The translations under genes and the position numbers were made by a program. A model generated the notes under the pieces. It ran no database searches. It was given only the letters and a program-made list of their open reading frames with translations, and was not told the DNA's origin. From Chiloscyllium plagiosum (lineage: Eukaryota), in the NCBI RefSeq assembly GCF_004010195.1, contig NW_025215331.1:21755-62692 (forward strand): DNA of 40,938 nt, read 5' to 3'. This document shows, in pieces, positions 23,638 through 34,507 of this stretch. Position 1 is the first letter of the stretch, and each line of letters begins with the position of its first letter.

Positions 23638-25504
23638 TCCAATAGTAAGATATGGAAGTATTTTCACTCTTCCTGACATGCTACGCAACAGCGTGATAAT
23701 TTTTGGAATGGGCACAGAAATTCAGCATTCCCAGTTTAACATTAGGTTGGAGTGCCAAGTCAAGGTTGGGTAAGTAACAGTGAGATTGAGTGACTGGAAT
23801 GCAGTCTCTTCTTTGGGAACGATTTAGAAGGATCCAAGGTAGCAGAAATACCCCTTGTGGTGGTGAAACTCAAGTAAGACCAGGGAACAGGGGAATTAAA
23901 AGAAAAATACCCAGGGATTTTTTCCAGACAGTGTAGTAACAAGATCCCACTGTCATAAGTTACAACAGGAAGGAAAACTGAAAGAAAAAAACAAAGGAGT
24001 TGATGCACTGGAGACTCAGGCTAAAGTATTTCTAGTGGCTGGAATGCACAAGGACGTGGTTAATATTTATTGTACATGTCATACATTGCAAATGGTAGGT
24101 ACGTCACAGGCAATAATAAAACCAGTACCGTTGGTGCCAATTCCTGTATTCGAAGAACCTTTCTCATGGGTTATGACTGGTTGTGTAGCTCCCCTTTCCA
24201 AATTAAAGTGGAAACCAATATCTGCTGACCATAATGGATGTGTCCAACAGATTTCCAGAGGCAATTCCATTACGGAGTGTTAAGGCAAAAGGGGAGGTGG
24301 AGGAGTTGGTAGCTTTTTTTACTCACTGTGGGCTACGCTGTGTGATTCAGTCAGAACAAGGGTCTCATTTTACTGATCAGCTGTTTAAGGACGTCATGGA
24401 TAGCTTTGGCATACAGCAGTTTAAATCAAGTGCATCGCATCCTGAATGCCAGGGAGCCTTGGAAAGTTAAATCAATGATGAGACAATATTAACAGCGTAC
24501 TGTCAGAATTACCCGAATGATTGGAATAAAGGTGTCCCATTATATTGTTTGCCATTAGAGATGCCCCAAATAAATCTACTCACTTTACTTCCTTTGAGTT
24601 GAAATTAATTAACTATAAACTGACAGGACCGAAATCGGAGATCTCACACTTGGATTATGCATCTGAGGTGAGGGAGAAATTAAATGGAGTAGGTGAGTTA
24701 GCTAAACAGCACCTGAAGAGGGCACAGTATAGAATGAAGCAGGTGGCAGATAAAATCTCTGAAACGTTGATGATTTCCCGTGAGGATGAGGTATTAGTAT
24801 TGCCAAAAGTCGTAGGAAATCCCTTCAAAGCCAGGTATAGTGTCCCCTTTAAAATTAAAAAAAAATGTTGAGTCTAACAGTTAAACTATCTGGTAAAGGT
24901 ACCGGATATGACAAAAAACTGTTAGAGAATGTCATGTGAATGAATAATGCTCCAGCCACATTGAAGACTTAGGAACAGAGTTGTGGCCAGATGAACAAAT
25001 TGTGCAGTTTATCTGTATGATGTAGTGATATTTAGCAAGTGATTGAAAGCTCACATGTTACAGTTGGCAGAGCATGTTGAACGATTACAAGAAGCAAACT
25101 TGGTAATAAACTTAAAGAAAACAGAATTCGCGAAGGCAGAGGTGACGTTCTTAGGACATTACATTGGACATGGGAGGTTGACCCCATGGAACACAAAGAC
25201 AAAGGGCTTTGAGGAATTTCCACGACAATCTTCGAAGAAAAATTTGCGTCGATTTTTGGAACTGAGTGGATTCTATCCAAGTTTGTTGCAAACTTCAGCA
25301 GCGTATTGGCACCACTGATGGATTGATTAAAGAAGAACACAGAATTATAGTGGACAGAACAATGCCAGGCGGCATTTGTGAATTTTAAAGCAGGATTAAT
25401 CACCGCACCAGTCTTAGCTGCACCAAATACTTTGAAAATCTTTGAAAATTGTATTTGATACCAGGGATAGAGGGCTCGGAGATGTACTGCTATTGAAAGA
25501 TGAT

Positions 25505-25579
25505 AGACATAGAAACATAGGACAGTACAGCACAGAACAGGCCCTTCAGCCCACGATGTTGTGCCGACCACTGATCCTC
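25505..25579 (-). mobile_element. 75-bp CR1 3'-terminal fragment inside RNase H
   Basis: Antisense of ggtcggcacaacatcgtgggctgaagggcctgttctgtgctgtactgtcctatgtttctatgtct. TSD atgat at 25500-25504 and 25580-25584. Confidence 0.85.
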
Positions 25580-26482
25580 ATGATGATTGAATTGAATGGC
25601 CAATTGGCTACTTGTCGATACTTGTCAATATCCACCAGAAAGAAATACAAAATGTCCATTATTGAAAAAGAATGATCAAGTTTCGCACTGGACTGACAAT
25701 ATTTCAATGTTTATATGACAAAAAAAATGTCGGAGATGATTGGAGATAACGACAAACCCCTTGCATTTTTTTGAATTTTAAAGGCCAGAATATGAGAGTA
25801 TTTAATTGGAGTCTTATCTTACCGACTTCAAACTGACAAAATGTACATGCTGTGGGTCCTAAAAGGTGATAGCAGATGTGTTATCGCAGATTTAAAGGAA
25901 AACGTTTAGATACGGTTTGACTTTTTGCAGTGTCATTGGAGATGACCCAAATAAATCTGCACACTTTCCTTCCTTTGAGTTAATATTCGTACATGAAGTG
26001 AGAGGTCCTTTGAAATTAATTAAATATAAACTGACAGGACCGAAGTCGGAGAACTCACACTTGGATTATGTGTCTGGGGTGAGGGAGAAATTAGATGGAG
26101 GAGGTGTGCAGAATTAATATGTATGATATAGCTGAGATTAATACTTCTGAAATTCATAACAATGGAATTAAGAATTAGAGGAAAAGAAATGAAGCCGCCT
26201 TTTCATTCTGCTGGTACATGTTTTTTTTTCTGAAGGAGGGAGATGTTATGAAGACAAAAGCATGTCCGGTCATTTCCAGAAGGGGAGAGGTGTTATGAAG
26301 CCGAAATCATGTCCGGTCATTTTAAGACAGAACGGGTTTTGCTGAATAGAAAGTACAGCCACAGATGCCAGCTGAANNNNNNNNNNNNNNNNNNNNNNNN
26401 NNNNNNNNNNNNNNNNNNNNNNNNNNNNNNNNNNNNNNNNNNNNNNNNNNNNNNNNNNNNNNNNNNNNNNNNNNNNNNNNNN

Positions 26483-26670
26483 AAATGGCAAATTGAGTTT
26501 AATATAGACGTGTGAGGTCTTGCATTTTGGAAACTCAAATCAAGGTAGGAGTTTCATGGTGAATGGGAGGGTCTTAAGAGGTGTAGTGGGCAGAGAGACC
26601 TTGGTGTTCAGTGCCCGGTTCTCTAAGAGTGGTAGACAGGGCAGTGAAAAAGGCCTTTGGCACATTGGCT
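26483..26670 (+). mobile_element. CR1 RT fragment
   Basis: KWQIEFNIDV-CEVLHFG...QRDLGVQ motifs. Confidence 0.8.
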
Positions 26671-27078
26671 GAGTGCTTAATCGGTAGATCTGTGGGAGAC
26701 GAAGAAATGGCGATGCTGAAACACGAGGAGTGGTAGCGATCACTTAATTCCAAAAGAGACATTGATAGGGTGAGAAATTCCATACTTTACTAAGGATTGA
26801 TTGGTTGGATTTATTGCCACATGTACCTCAGTACAGGGAAACACTTTATTTATGAGCAGTGGAGGCAGATCATAGTAAGCATGGCCAGTCAGATCACAGG
26901 GTGGAAATAGACTTCGACAGAGTAAGGTATACAGGATACACTGAACAGGACAAGCACTAGACAAGATCAACATGAATAAGATCAGCATTATTTGAACTTA
27001 GAGAGTCCATTCATCAGTCTAACGTGACTTTCCTAATAGTTTGTATGCCTTAATTAACTCTCCCCACATGAATGCGAA

Positions 27079-27469
27079 GGCGGCACGGTGGCACAGTGGT
27101 TAGCACTGCTGCCTCACAGCGCCAGAGACCCGGGTGTAATTCCGGCCTCAGGTGACTCTCGGTGTGGAGTTGGTATATTCGCCCCATGTCTGCGTGGATT
27201 TCCTCCAGGTGCTCCGCTTTCCTCCCACAGTCCAAAAAAATGTGCAGGTTAGGTGAATTGGCCAAGTTAAATTGCCCGTAGTGGTAGGTGAAGGGATAAA
27301 TGTAGGGGAATGGGTCTGTTTCAGATGGAAGGTATTGTGGCTGCTGTTGGGGATTGTGAACAACATAACGTTCAATACGGGTTCACACGCCGACTTACAG
27401 TGTGGAAACTGGCCCTTCGGCGGGTCGGTGTGGAGTTGTTGCGCCGAAGGGCCTGTTTCCTCACTGTAA
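27079..27469 (+). mobile_element. HE1/V-SINE containing an inverted duplication
   Basis: A box TGGCACAGTGG, degenerate B box, V-domain and tail gccgaagggcctgtttcctcactgtaa. The extra segment 27316-27415 is absent from the SINE at 21132. Confidence 0.92.
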
Positions 27470-27548
27470 GTCGGCGTGTGAACCCGTATTGAACGTTATG
27501 TTGTTCACAATCCCCAACGGCAGCCACAATACCTTCCATCTGAAACAG
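27316..27548. repeat. 107-bp inverted repeat with 19-nt loop
   Basis: 27316-27422 is the reverse complement of 27442-27548, with 3 mismatches. Confidence 0.97.
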
Positions 27549-27783
27549 GTAGCCATTCCCACCAGCTTCCGCCCCATATAGAGCACACCATGCTGTCACC
27601 TCGGAGATGGAAGATGCCTTCTTGATACTTCACACAAGATATATGACTTCCCTCCTCAAGGCGAGTAAACCACGTTAAAGTCCCACGTGTGTATCATGAG
27701 TGATGGCGCCATGAGGTACAACGTGGAGCAATCTGTCTGTGCAGCCTCTGCTCCAATTGTTCATCATGTTAGAGCATCAATTA

Positions 27784-27888
27784 GGAGACAGTGAGGACTG
27801 CTTATGCTGGAGATCAGAGTAGACAGTGGTTTGCTGCAAAAGCACAGCAGGAGAGTCGACGTTTTGGGCATAAGCCATTCATCAGGAT
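27784..27888 (-). mobile_element. Penelope pLTR fragment
   Basis: ggagacagtgaggactgcttatgctggagatcagag...gtcgacgttttgggcataagccattcatcagga, with an internal deletion. Confidence 0.8.
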
Positions 27889-27894
27889 CAGCAT

Positions 27895-28870
27895 CAATTA
27901 CCCTATTCTGCCCCTGTGTAAGTGCATTGAGGTGGGAATGGTCTCCTACTGTTCCTGTATAAGTGGCTCAACTGGCTGAATGGCCTCATTCTGTTTCTGT
28001 GTAATTGACTCAAAGGACTAAATGACTTCTTCCTTGTCCGGTTGGACATGGCCAAGGGCCGGATTGGGTTTCCCCTGGTTCCTGCTTGACAGCTCGACGT
28101 GCTGACAAGTGTGATGATGCTGCAACTTTAAGAGGTTATTTTGTCCTGGTTTCTTTGAAGAGAGAGATTGAACGAGCTGGCTAGTTAAGACCACAGGGTA
28201 AACAGCGAGGGAGGCCTTGGGTTTATTTTAATGCAGCCTGAATGGGTGTGGCCAACTCACACAGGTTAGGGTCTCTGGGTTTTGGTTTCTCAGCAACATC
28301 AGAAAATATTGGGGTCTCGACAGAGTTGGAAGCTTCAGTGAATGTCTCCTGGCTGCTACTCTCTCTGAATTTTCTCTTGCTGCTGTTTTTAATTCCTGGA
28401 TTCGAGAAATGTTTGTGACAATCTGTGTCTGAATATTCCTTTTTAACAAGGGCTGTGTTTATGCGATTTTCCTATATTGGAACCGTTCATTACTAATCGC
28501 TCAACGATCTATTATTCTGTTAACTTGCCGAATAGAATTACGTTATTCTAAATTCGTCTTTCTTTGGTTTCATTTTATCTTCCGTGTTTAAATAAATGGT
28601 GTTTGCTTCACACCGAGGAGTTTGTCCATTCACATTGCATCGGGAACAGACACTTTATATTTCCTTTAAAATACGAAAACATTAGAGTCAAGGCTACCGC
28701 CTTCAAATATTTTCGAGGTGTGGTCTATCACACTAGACTCCTTCCCTTCCTGAGTAATAGGCTGGAGGCATTGAATGGGCTGTCCCTGTTCTACTCTAAT
28801 ACTGTCAATGGGCTGAATGACTTCCTCAAATTCCTGTGAAACCAGGGTGAGCTGCTGAACGAACTCTATT
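27895..28870 (+). repeat. Second ~42-bp LINE-tail-like array, split by a solo LTR
   Basis: aatgg anchors at 27937 and 27979 are 42 bp apart. Units continue after 28733 (ttgaatgggct, gctgaatgact). Confidence 0.75.
28110..28732 (+). mobile_element. Solo LTR of the 1330-4569 family
   Basis: Ends TGTGAT...ATCACA form a 6-bp inverted repeat. Colinear with 1330-1872 (gctgctactctctctgaa, tgtgtttatg, tatattggaac, ttattctaaattc). AATAAA at about 28591. Flanks caag/ctag. Confidence 0.9.
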
Positions 28871-28879
28871 TCACTGTGG

Positions 28880-29335
28880 CAATGTGCAGTGCCAGGCAGT
28901 GCTGTTACATGAATGTTACAGACCATTTAACAGCACAAACCTGACTGGTGGCTGGGTCTTGCTGCACATGGACAGAGACCGGTTCAGGAGCTGACGGGCG
29001 ACAAATGTTCTGAACATTGTGGAATCTTCAGTGACCATCCCCACTTCTGATCTTATGTTGCGGAGGGTGGGGGCGGGGAGACATTGATGAAGAGCTGAAG
29101 CTGTTTGTGAAGAGGAAGCTACCGTGAGGATCTCCCACAGAGGTGACCCAGGACTGAGATGGCGAACATCTTCCTTTGTGCCATGTTTGACTCCAAATAC
29201 GGGACAGTTTAGTTTGATTCTCATTAAGTCCAGTTATGTTAAGCTCCTTGCTGTCAACAAAAGCCAACCACTGCCTTGATATCAGGGCCAGTCATTTTTA
29301 CCTGGACCCTTGCGTCAACCTCTTTTGTCCATATC
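28880..29335 (-). mobile_element. LINE RT fragment related to the 14745-17778 family
   Basis: Minus ORF 28916-29224 contains IRSEVGMVTEDSTMF, homologous to LRSEVGMFANDCTMF. Confidence 0.8.
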
Positions 29336-29349
29336 AATACACCATGGTA

Positions 29350-29600
29350 TAGGAACAACGCGTCTTTTCTTCAAACAAATCGTATTGAATGTCAGGGTTT
29401 CTCTTAAGAATGTTAGAGAGCAAGATGACTGAAAGTATTTGAAGAAGAGGTAGATAGATATTGACCTGACAGAGAGTTGAGGGCGATGAAGAATTGGATA
29501 TGAAAGAGGATTTGAGACCAAGAGCAGATCAGTCATCATCTTAATGAAGGGCAAGGCAGGCTTGGGGAGTGAACGACCTGTCCCTGTTTCTGATGTTCTC
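29350..29600 (+). mobile_element. CR1 3' end
   Basis: FF.Q.V...-like block, then agatcagtcatcatcttaatgaagggcaaggcaggcttgggg...cctgtttctgatgttct. Confidence 0.7.
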
Positions 29601-29998
29601 ACATTCTGTTATTGGAGAGTTAGTGGGTGTTATTGTCATAAATGTGCAATTACTGAATATTGCAGTCAGGGAGACCAGATGATTTTGTGAGCCATCTCTG
29701 GTGAGTATATGGGCTATATGCAGAGTCAATGTGCGTCTAAAGCATGACCAACAAATGAAGAACGAGTTGCAGAGAGGGGAAGCTCTGTGAAGAGAGATGA
29801 GGGGCCTCTTTCATACCTGTGCCAGAATTTTCCAATTACATTCCCAAATCAACTTCAAAGCGTGTGTGACAGTCTTGAGAGGCTGAATGGTCTCCTCTGT
29901 TTCTGTGCNNNNNNNNNNNNNNNNNNNNNNNNNNNNNNNNNNNNNNNNNNNNNNNNNNNNNNNNNNNNNNNNNNNNNNNNNNNNNNNNNNNNNNNNNN

Positions 29999-31390
29999 CT
30001 GTTCACTCCGATCAGATATCAAATCTGATCCAGTCCCATTTGCTAGCATTTGGCCAATATCCCTCCTCTTTCAGATACTTTTTAAATGTGCGATTGTAAC
30101 CGCCTTTAGCACTTCCTCTGACAGCACTTTCTGTATACACACCACTCTCTGTGTGAAACATTTATCTTCATGTCCCTTCTTAATCAATTCCCCCTCGCCT
30201 TCAACCTATGCCTCTGAATCTGGTCTCCCTTACACTGAAGAGCAGAACGNNNNNNNNNNNNNNNNNNNNNNNNNNNNCGATTGTAACCGCCTTCAGCACT
30301 TCCTCTGACAGCACTTTCTGTACACACACCACTCTCTGTGTGAAACATTTATCATCAGTTCCCTTTTAAATCATTCTCCCTCTCCCCTTCAACCTATGCC
30401 TCTGAATCTGGTCTCCCCTATCCTGAAGAGCAGAACGTGGCTGTTCAGAATATCCATTCCCCTGATGATTTTATAAACCTCTATCATGTCACCCTTCAGG
30501 CTTTGGGGAGAAACACTTCAACCTAATCAACCTCTCCCTGGGACATCTGTATAAATCTTTTCTGCAGACAACCGTGTTGTATGCAGTTTTCTTAAAATGG
30601 CCTTCCCAACACGGTGTACAGATGCAACATACCACCATAAACTCTATACTCAATGCTCTGACTGATTAAGGCAAATGTGCCAAAACTGTTCAGCACTACT
30701 CTGTCTACCTGCGACTCCACTTTCAAGGAAAAATGTATCGGCAGCCCTAGGTGCCTTTGTTCCATAAAACTCCCCAGGACCTTGCCATTAAGTGTATAAT
30801 TTCTTCATAAAATGCAAAACTTTATATTTATCTAAATAAACTTCATCTGTCACTCCTTGCCCCTTTGTCCCATCTAATTGTGTTCTCGTTGTATTCTGAG
30901 GTAATCTACTACACCACATTTCTGATGTCATCTGTAAACTTATTAACTATGGCCCCCATATCCACATCTAAGTTCTTTACATAAATGATGAAATGTAGTG
31001 AACTGAGCACTGATTCTTGCAGCACACTGCTGGTCACAAGCCTCCAGTCTGAAAAATATCCCTCTTCCTTCAAGCCAATTGTTAGTAGCTTCTTCTGTGT
31101 CCCATGTGACCGAACCTTTAATCTTTCTACCAATTGGAATGTTATGAACACCTTGCTGAAGTCCATATAGACAAAGTCTACCAAATTGCCTTCATTAATC
31201 TTCTTTTTTACCTCTTCATTTAACTCAACCAAATTAATGAGACATGATTTCCCATGAAGAAAGACACTTTGTCTACCCCGATCAGCCCTTGCCTTCCCAA
31301 ATGTATGTAAATGCTATCCCTCAGAATCCCCTCCAACAACTTACCCACCACTGACATCAGGCTCACCCGTCTATAGTTCCCTGACTTTTT
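29999..31390 (-). mobile_element. CR1 LINE RT plus 3' UTR
   Basis: Minus ORF 30909-31232 (VDFVYMDFSKVF...SDWRLVTSSVLQESVL...NKFTDD) and NYRRVSL at about 31360-31378. Confidence 0.9.
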
Positions 31391-31896
31391 GGGTCACTGT
31401 TTCCTTTTCTCGTCCCACTCCTCCACTGCTCACAACAAATGTTAAATGTGACCAGATTGGTAATATGACCGATGATAAAGGTCTTAGACTGGGTCAGGGT
31501 TAGTTTTAGGAACAAGCCAGGCTAGGTTCTTTAATCTGCTCAAATAGCACGTTTATGATCCAGACCAATGTTACTCAAACTATGATGGAATGATGAATGG
31601 CAAACTGTTTGGATATTGCAAATATATAATCAATATTTCCCTGTTAAAATGCTGAGAAACACACACACAATCTCTGCAATTTGAAGTTGAAAGAACTTTG
31701 TCCAAATATTAGTGTAACTTATGACAAAAGGAAAAATTGAGAGATTGTCCAAAATGTGATTCGGCTTCTGACGATATTCTACTCACACAAGCTGCTAGCA
31801 ATGGGATTTCATCCTCGGACAGTTGGATTTGGCTGAATTCACTTTGCATTAGGCAGTGAGAAGATTTCAATGAATTTTGGTCAGTAATCGCCCAAA

Positions 31897-32167
31897 GGGT
31901 AGCACAGTGGCTCAGTGGTTAGCACTGCTACCTTACAGCACTAGGAACAGGGGTTCTATTCCAGCCTCGGCGACTATCTGTGTGGGGTTTGTACATTCTC
32001 CCTTTGACTGCGTGAGCATCTAATAGGTGCTCCAGTTCCCTCCCACAGCTCAAACTGTGTACATTAGGTGGATTGGTCATGCTAATTTGTCTGTCATATT
32101 CAGGAATTTCAAGGTTAGGTGCATTAGTCAGACGTAAATCTCAGGGAACGGGCCTGGCAAGGTTACT
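31897..32167 (+). mobile_element. Decayed HE1/V-SINE, 3' truncated
   Basis: A box TGGCTCAGTGG, B box GGTTCTATTCC and degenerate V-domain. Confidence 0.88.
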
Positions 32168-32469
32168 GAGTTGAATCACACAATAATGTCATCTTCTCCC
32201 AAACTGGATCATGTGACGTCTCCTTGTATAATGTCTCCATCACATTCCCTGTTCCATGTCGATGCATCATTGTTGCCATCTCGCACAGAGCCATACCCTC
32301 AGCAGAAAATGGTCTTGGTCAATTTGAAAATATGTTAATATGCCCCTGCGTCATTAAAAAATAAAATAGTTAATGTATTTAGAATACCTGTGTTTAAATG
32401 AATGCATTTTTAAAAGAAATACAGAAATTGCTGGTAAAGCTCGGCAGGCCTGTCAGTACCCAGATACCT

Positions 32470-32685
32470 TTTACATGCTGCAGTTGTACCAGCCTCCACC
32501 ACTTCCTCTGACAGTTCACTCCATACGCACACCACCCTCTGCATGAAAAAAGTTCCTCTCAGACCTCTTCAAAACCTTTCCTCTCTCACTTTCATCCAAT
32601 GCCCTCTAGTTTTGAAAGCCCCTAACCTGGGGGAAAACCCTAACTACTGACCCTACCCATGACCATTCTGATTTTATAAACCTGT
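32470..32685 (-). mobile_element. CR1 3' fragment
   Basis: Homologous to 30090-30480 (cacttcctctgacag, caccaccctctg, gattttataaacct). Confidence 0.8.
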
Positions 32686-32799
32686 ACTGCTGCAAGATGT
32701 GACTCAAATCAAGACGAATAGCTGTGTTTTCAGTCATTCCAGGCCGAAATTCTGAAATTCAATACTGACACTTCTTTCTCCATCAGGTCACAATTCTAC

Positions 32800-33110
32800 A
32801 ACCAGTTTAATCAGTTTGTTCAGATGTATCATGAGACACTTCCGTGGGATTTTCACCTAGACCTTTGTGCCCGGAGGTCGGGATACTAGCATCACTGGGC
32901 AATACCCAGAAAGCTGTAACATTATTCTCCTGTGTGTTTGCTCATCAGCCTGTTATGACATGCTGGGACATACCTCTGCAACAGGCAGGACTTGAATCCA
33001 GTCCTATTAGTCCAGAGCTAGGAACACTACCACACAAGTTCAGGAATTAAAATCAAATCCAGAGTTCAGGTTCAGAGACAGGAACACGACCCACTACACT
33101 ACCATACCCA
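32800..33110 (-). repeat. Three tandem decayed tRNA-like heads
   Basis: Minus strand: tggtagtgtagtgggtcgtgttcctgtctctga..ctggatttgatt; gtggtagtgttcctagctctgga..ctggattcaagtcc; gatgctagtatcccgacctccggg..ctaggtgaaaatccc. Confidence 0.55.
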
Positions 33111-33689
33111 GACTTGGGTCATATTTTAGTGCCAGCTTTCAGCTCAGTGTGGATTTATTATAATCAGGCTACCATTACTGAACTACACAAAACACTTTGT
33201 ATTGTTAAACAAATGCAAGATATTTGTCTCAACTGTAGGATATTGAGTGCACGTGCTGTGCTATCGAAATTAACTATGAACGTCTTCAATCGCTATTACC
33301 TGTAATCTACAATATTAAGGAAAGACGTCCTGCAGTCACAGTCTGCCCAATGAAGGGTCTCGAATAGATTTTTATCACTGAACACCACAGACAACAAAAA
33401 AGCATAATTTCTGGTCCCAAAACACCGATCACTATTATCCACCTCTAACGTGCGACTGCCCTCTTCCTAAAACAATGAAATGACACTAGGCCGCTGATTA
33501 CTGTGCAGCCTCTCCTCCCCATTGACTGTGTCTGCAATCTGTCCCTCTTCCCCCAAACCACACAAGGCAACCCAGGCTCAGGGTTTTTGTGAAAGTCAAG
33601 GCCGGAGTGTGCAGGCATCCTGGAGACGGGGAGGATATTTTAAAGGGGGAGAGTAAGGAGGTGGTAATATCACACACTGGGCTGAGGGG

Positions 33690-34507
33690 TGGCAGATGGA
33701 ATTTAGTTTGGATTAATGCGAGGTATTGGATTTGGTAAATCAAACAAGAGCAGGACCTATACAATTAAAAGCAGGGCCTTTGGCAGTGGAGAACAGAGAC
33801 CTGGGCTGTCAGGTATAATTCTTTAAAATTTGCATCTCAGATAGATAGTATGGTTAAGGAGGTGTTTCACACACTTGTCTTCATTGGTCAGACCTTTGAC
33901 TATTGGAATTGGGCGTTATATTGAGGTTGAAAAGGACATTGGTGAGACCTCTTCTGGAATACTGTGTCCAGTCTGGTCATCCTGCCCGCTCATTCCATAG
34001 GCACACCACCCTCTGGGTCCCTCAGGTCATTTTCAGGTGTTCCCCTCTCAATTTAGACCTGTACCGTCTAGTTTTGATCTCCCCACCCATAGAAAATACC
34101 TTAATTATTCACTTTGATATTACTGACGTTGATATTATTAAGCTGGATAGGATTGAGAAGACATTAACCTGGATGTTGTTGGGAATGAAGGGAGTGAACT
34201 CTAAGGAGAGGCTGGATAGGCTGGGACTTTTTTCACTGGAGAGGATGAGATTAAGGGGCAACTTTATAGAGGTTTATAAAATAATGAGGGGTACAGGTAA
34301 GCTGAAGGGCTGATGTCTTTTCTCTACAATTGGGGATTCAAAACTGAGGGATATTTTAAGGTGTGAGGAAAAAGATTTACAGAAGTCATGAGAGGTAATT
34401 ATTTTAGTCAGAATCTGGCTTATGTGTGGAATGAACTCCCAGAGCAAGTGGTGAAAGCAGGGACAGTTACAATGTTTGAAGGACATTTAGATCAGTACAT
34501 GGATAAG
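33690..34507 (+). mobile_element. CR1 RT C-terminus with a short antisense CR1 insert (about 33985-34110)
   Basis: ORF 33903-34313: LRLKRTLVRPLLEYCVQ...ERLDRLGLFSLERMRLRGNFIEVYKIM. Confidence 0.9.

Larger units (their letters stand above)
22930..25895 (+). pseudogene. pol: pol remnant: protease, integrase, reverse transcriptase, RNase H
   Basis: PR: VILQDTGS (about 22940) and LGNDL (about 23812). IN: CTCHTLQ..PFSWV, MDVSNRFPEAIPL, IQSEQGSHF, HPECQGALE (24035-24470). RT: NAPAT, AVYLYDVVIFS, VTFLGHYI, RRFLELSGFY (24945-25280). RH: FDTRDRGLG, SIIEKE, VIADVLSQI* (25455-25895). Confidence 0.92.
20812..26375 (+). mobile_element. Gmr1-like Gypsy LTR retrotransposon (gag-SCAN, PR, IN, RT, RH), decayed
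   Basis: 3' end of the 5' LTR at 20812-20950. PBS-like tgagggcttgtcgga at 20954-20968 (similar to the tRNA-Pro PBS TGGGGGCTCGTCCGG). Domains listed separately. PPT gaaggggagagg precedes TGTTATGAAG at 26291, and the LTR runs into the gap. Confidence 0.92.

Noticed and set aside
31445..31890. Possible additional antisense LTR
   Set aside because: No partner, TSD or clear TG..CA ends could be identified.
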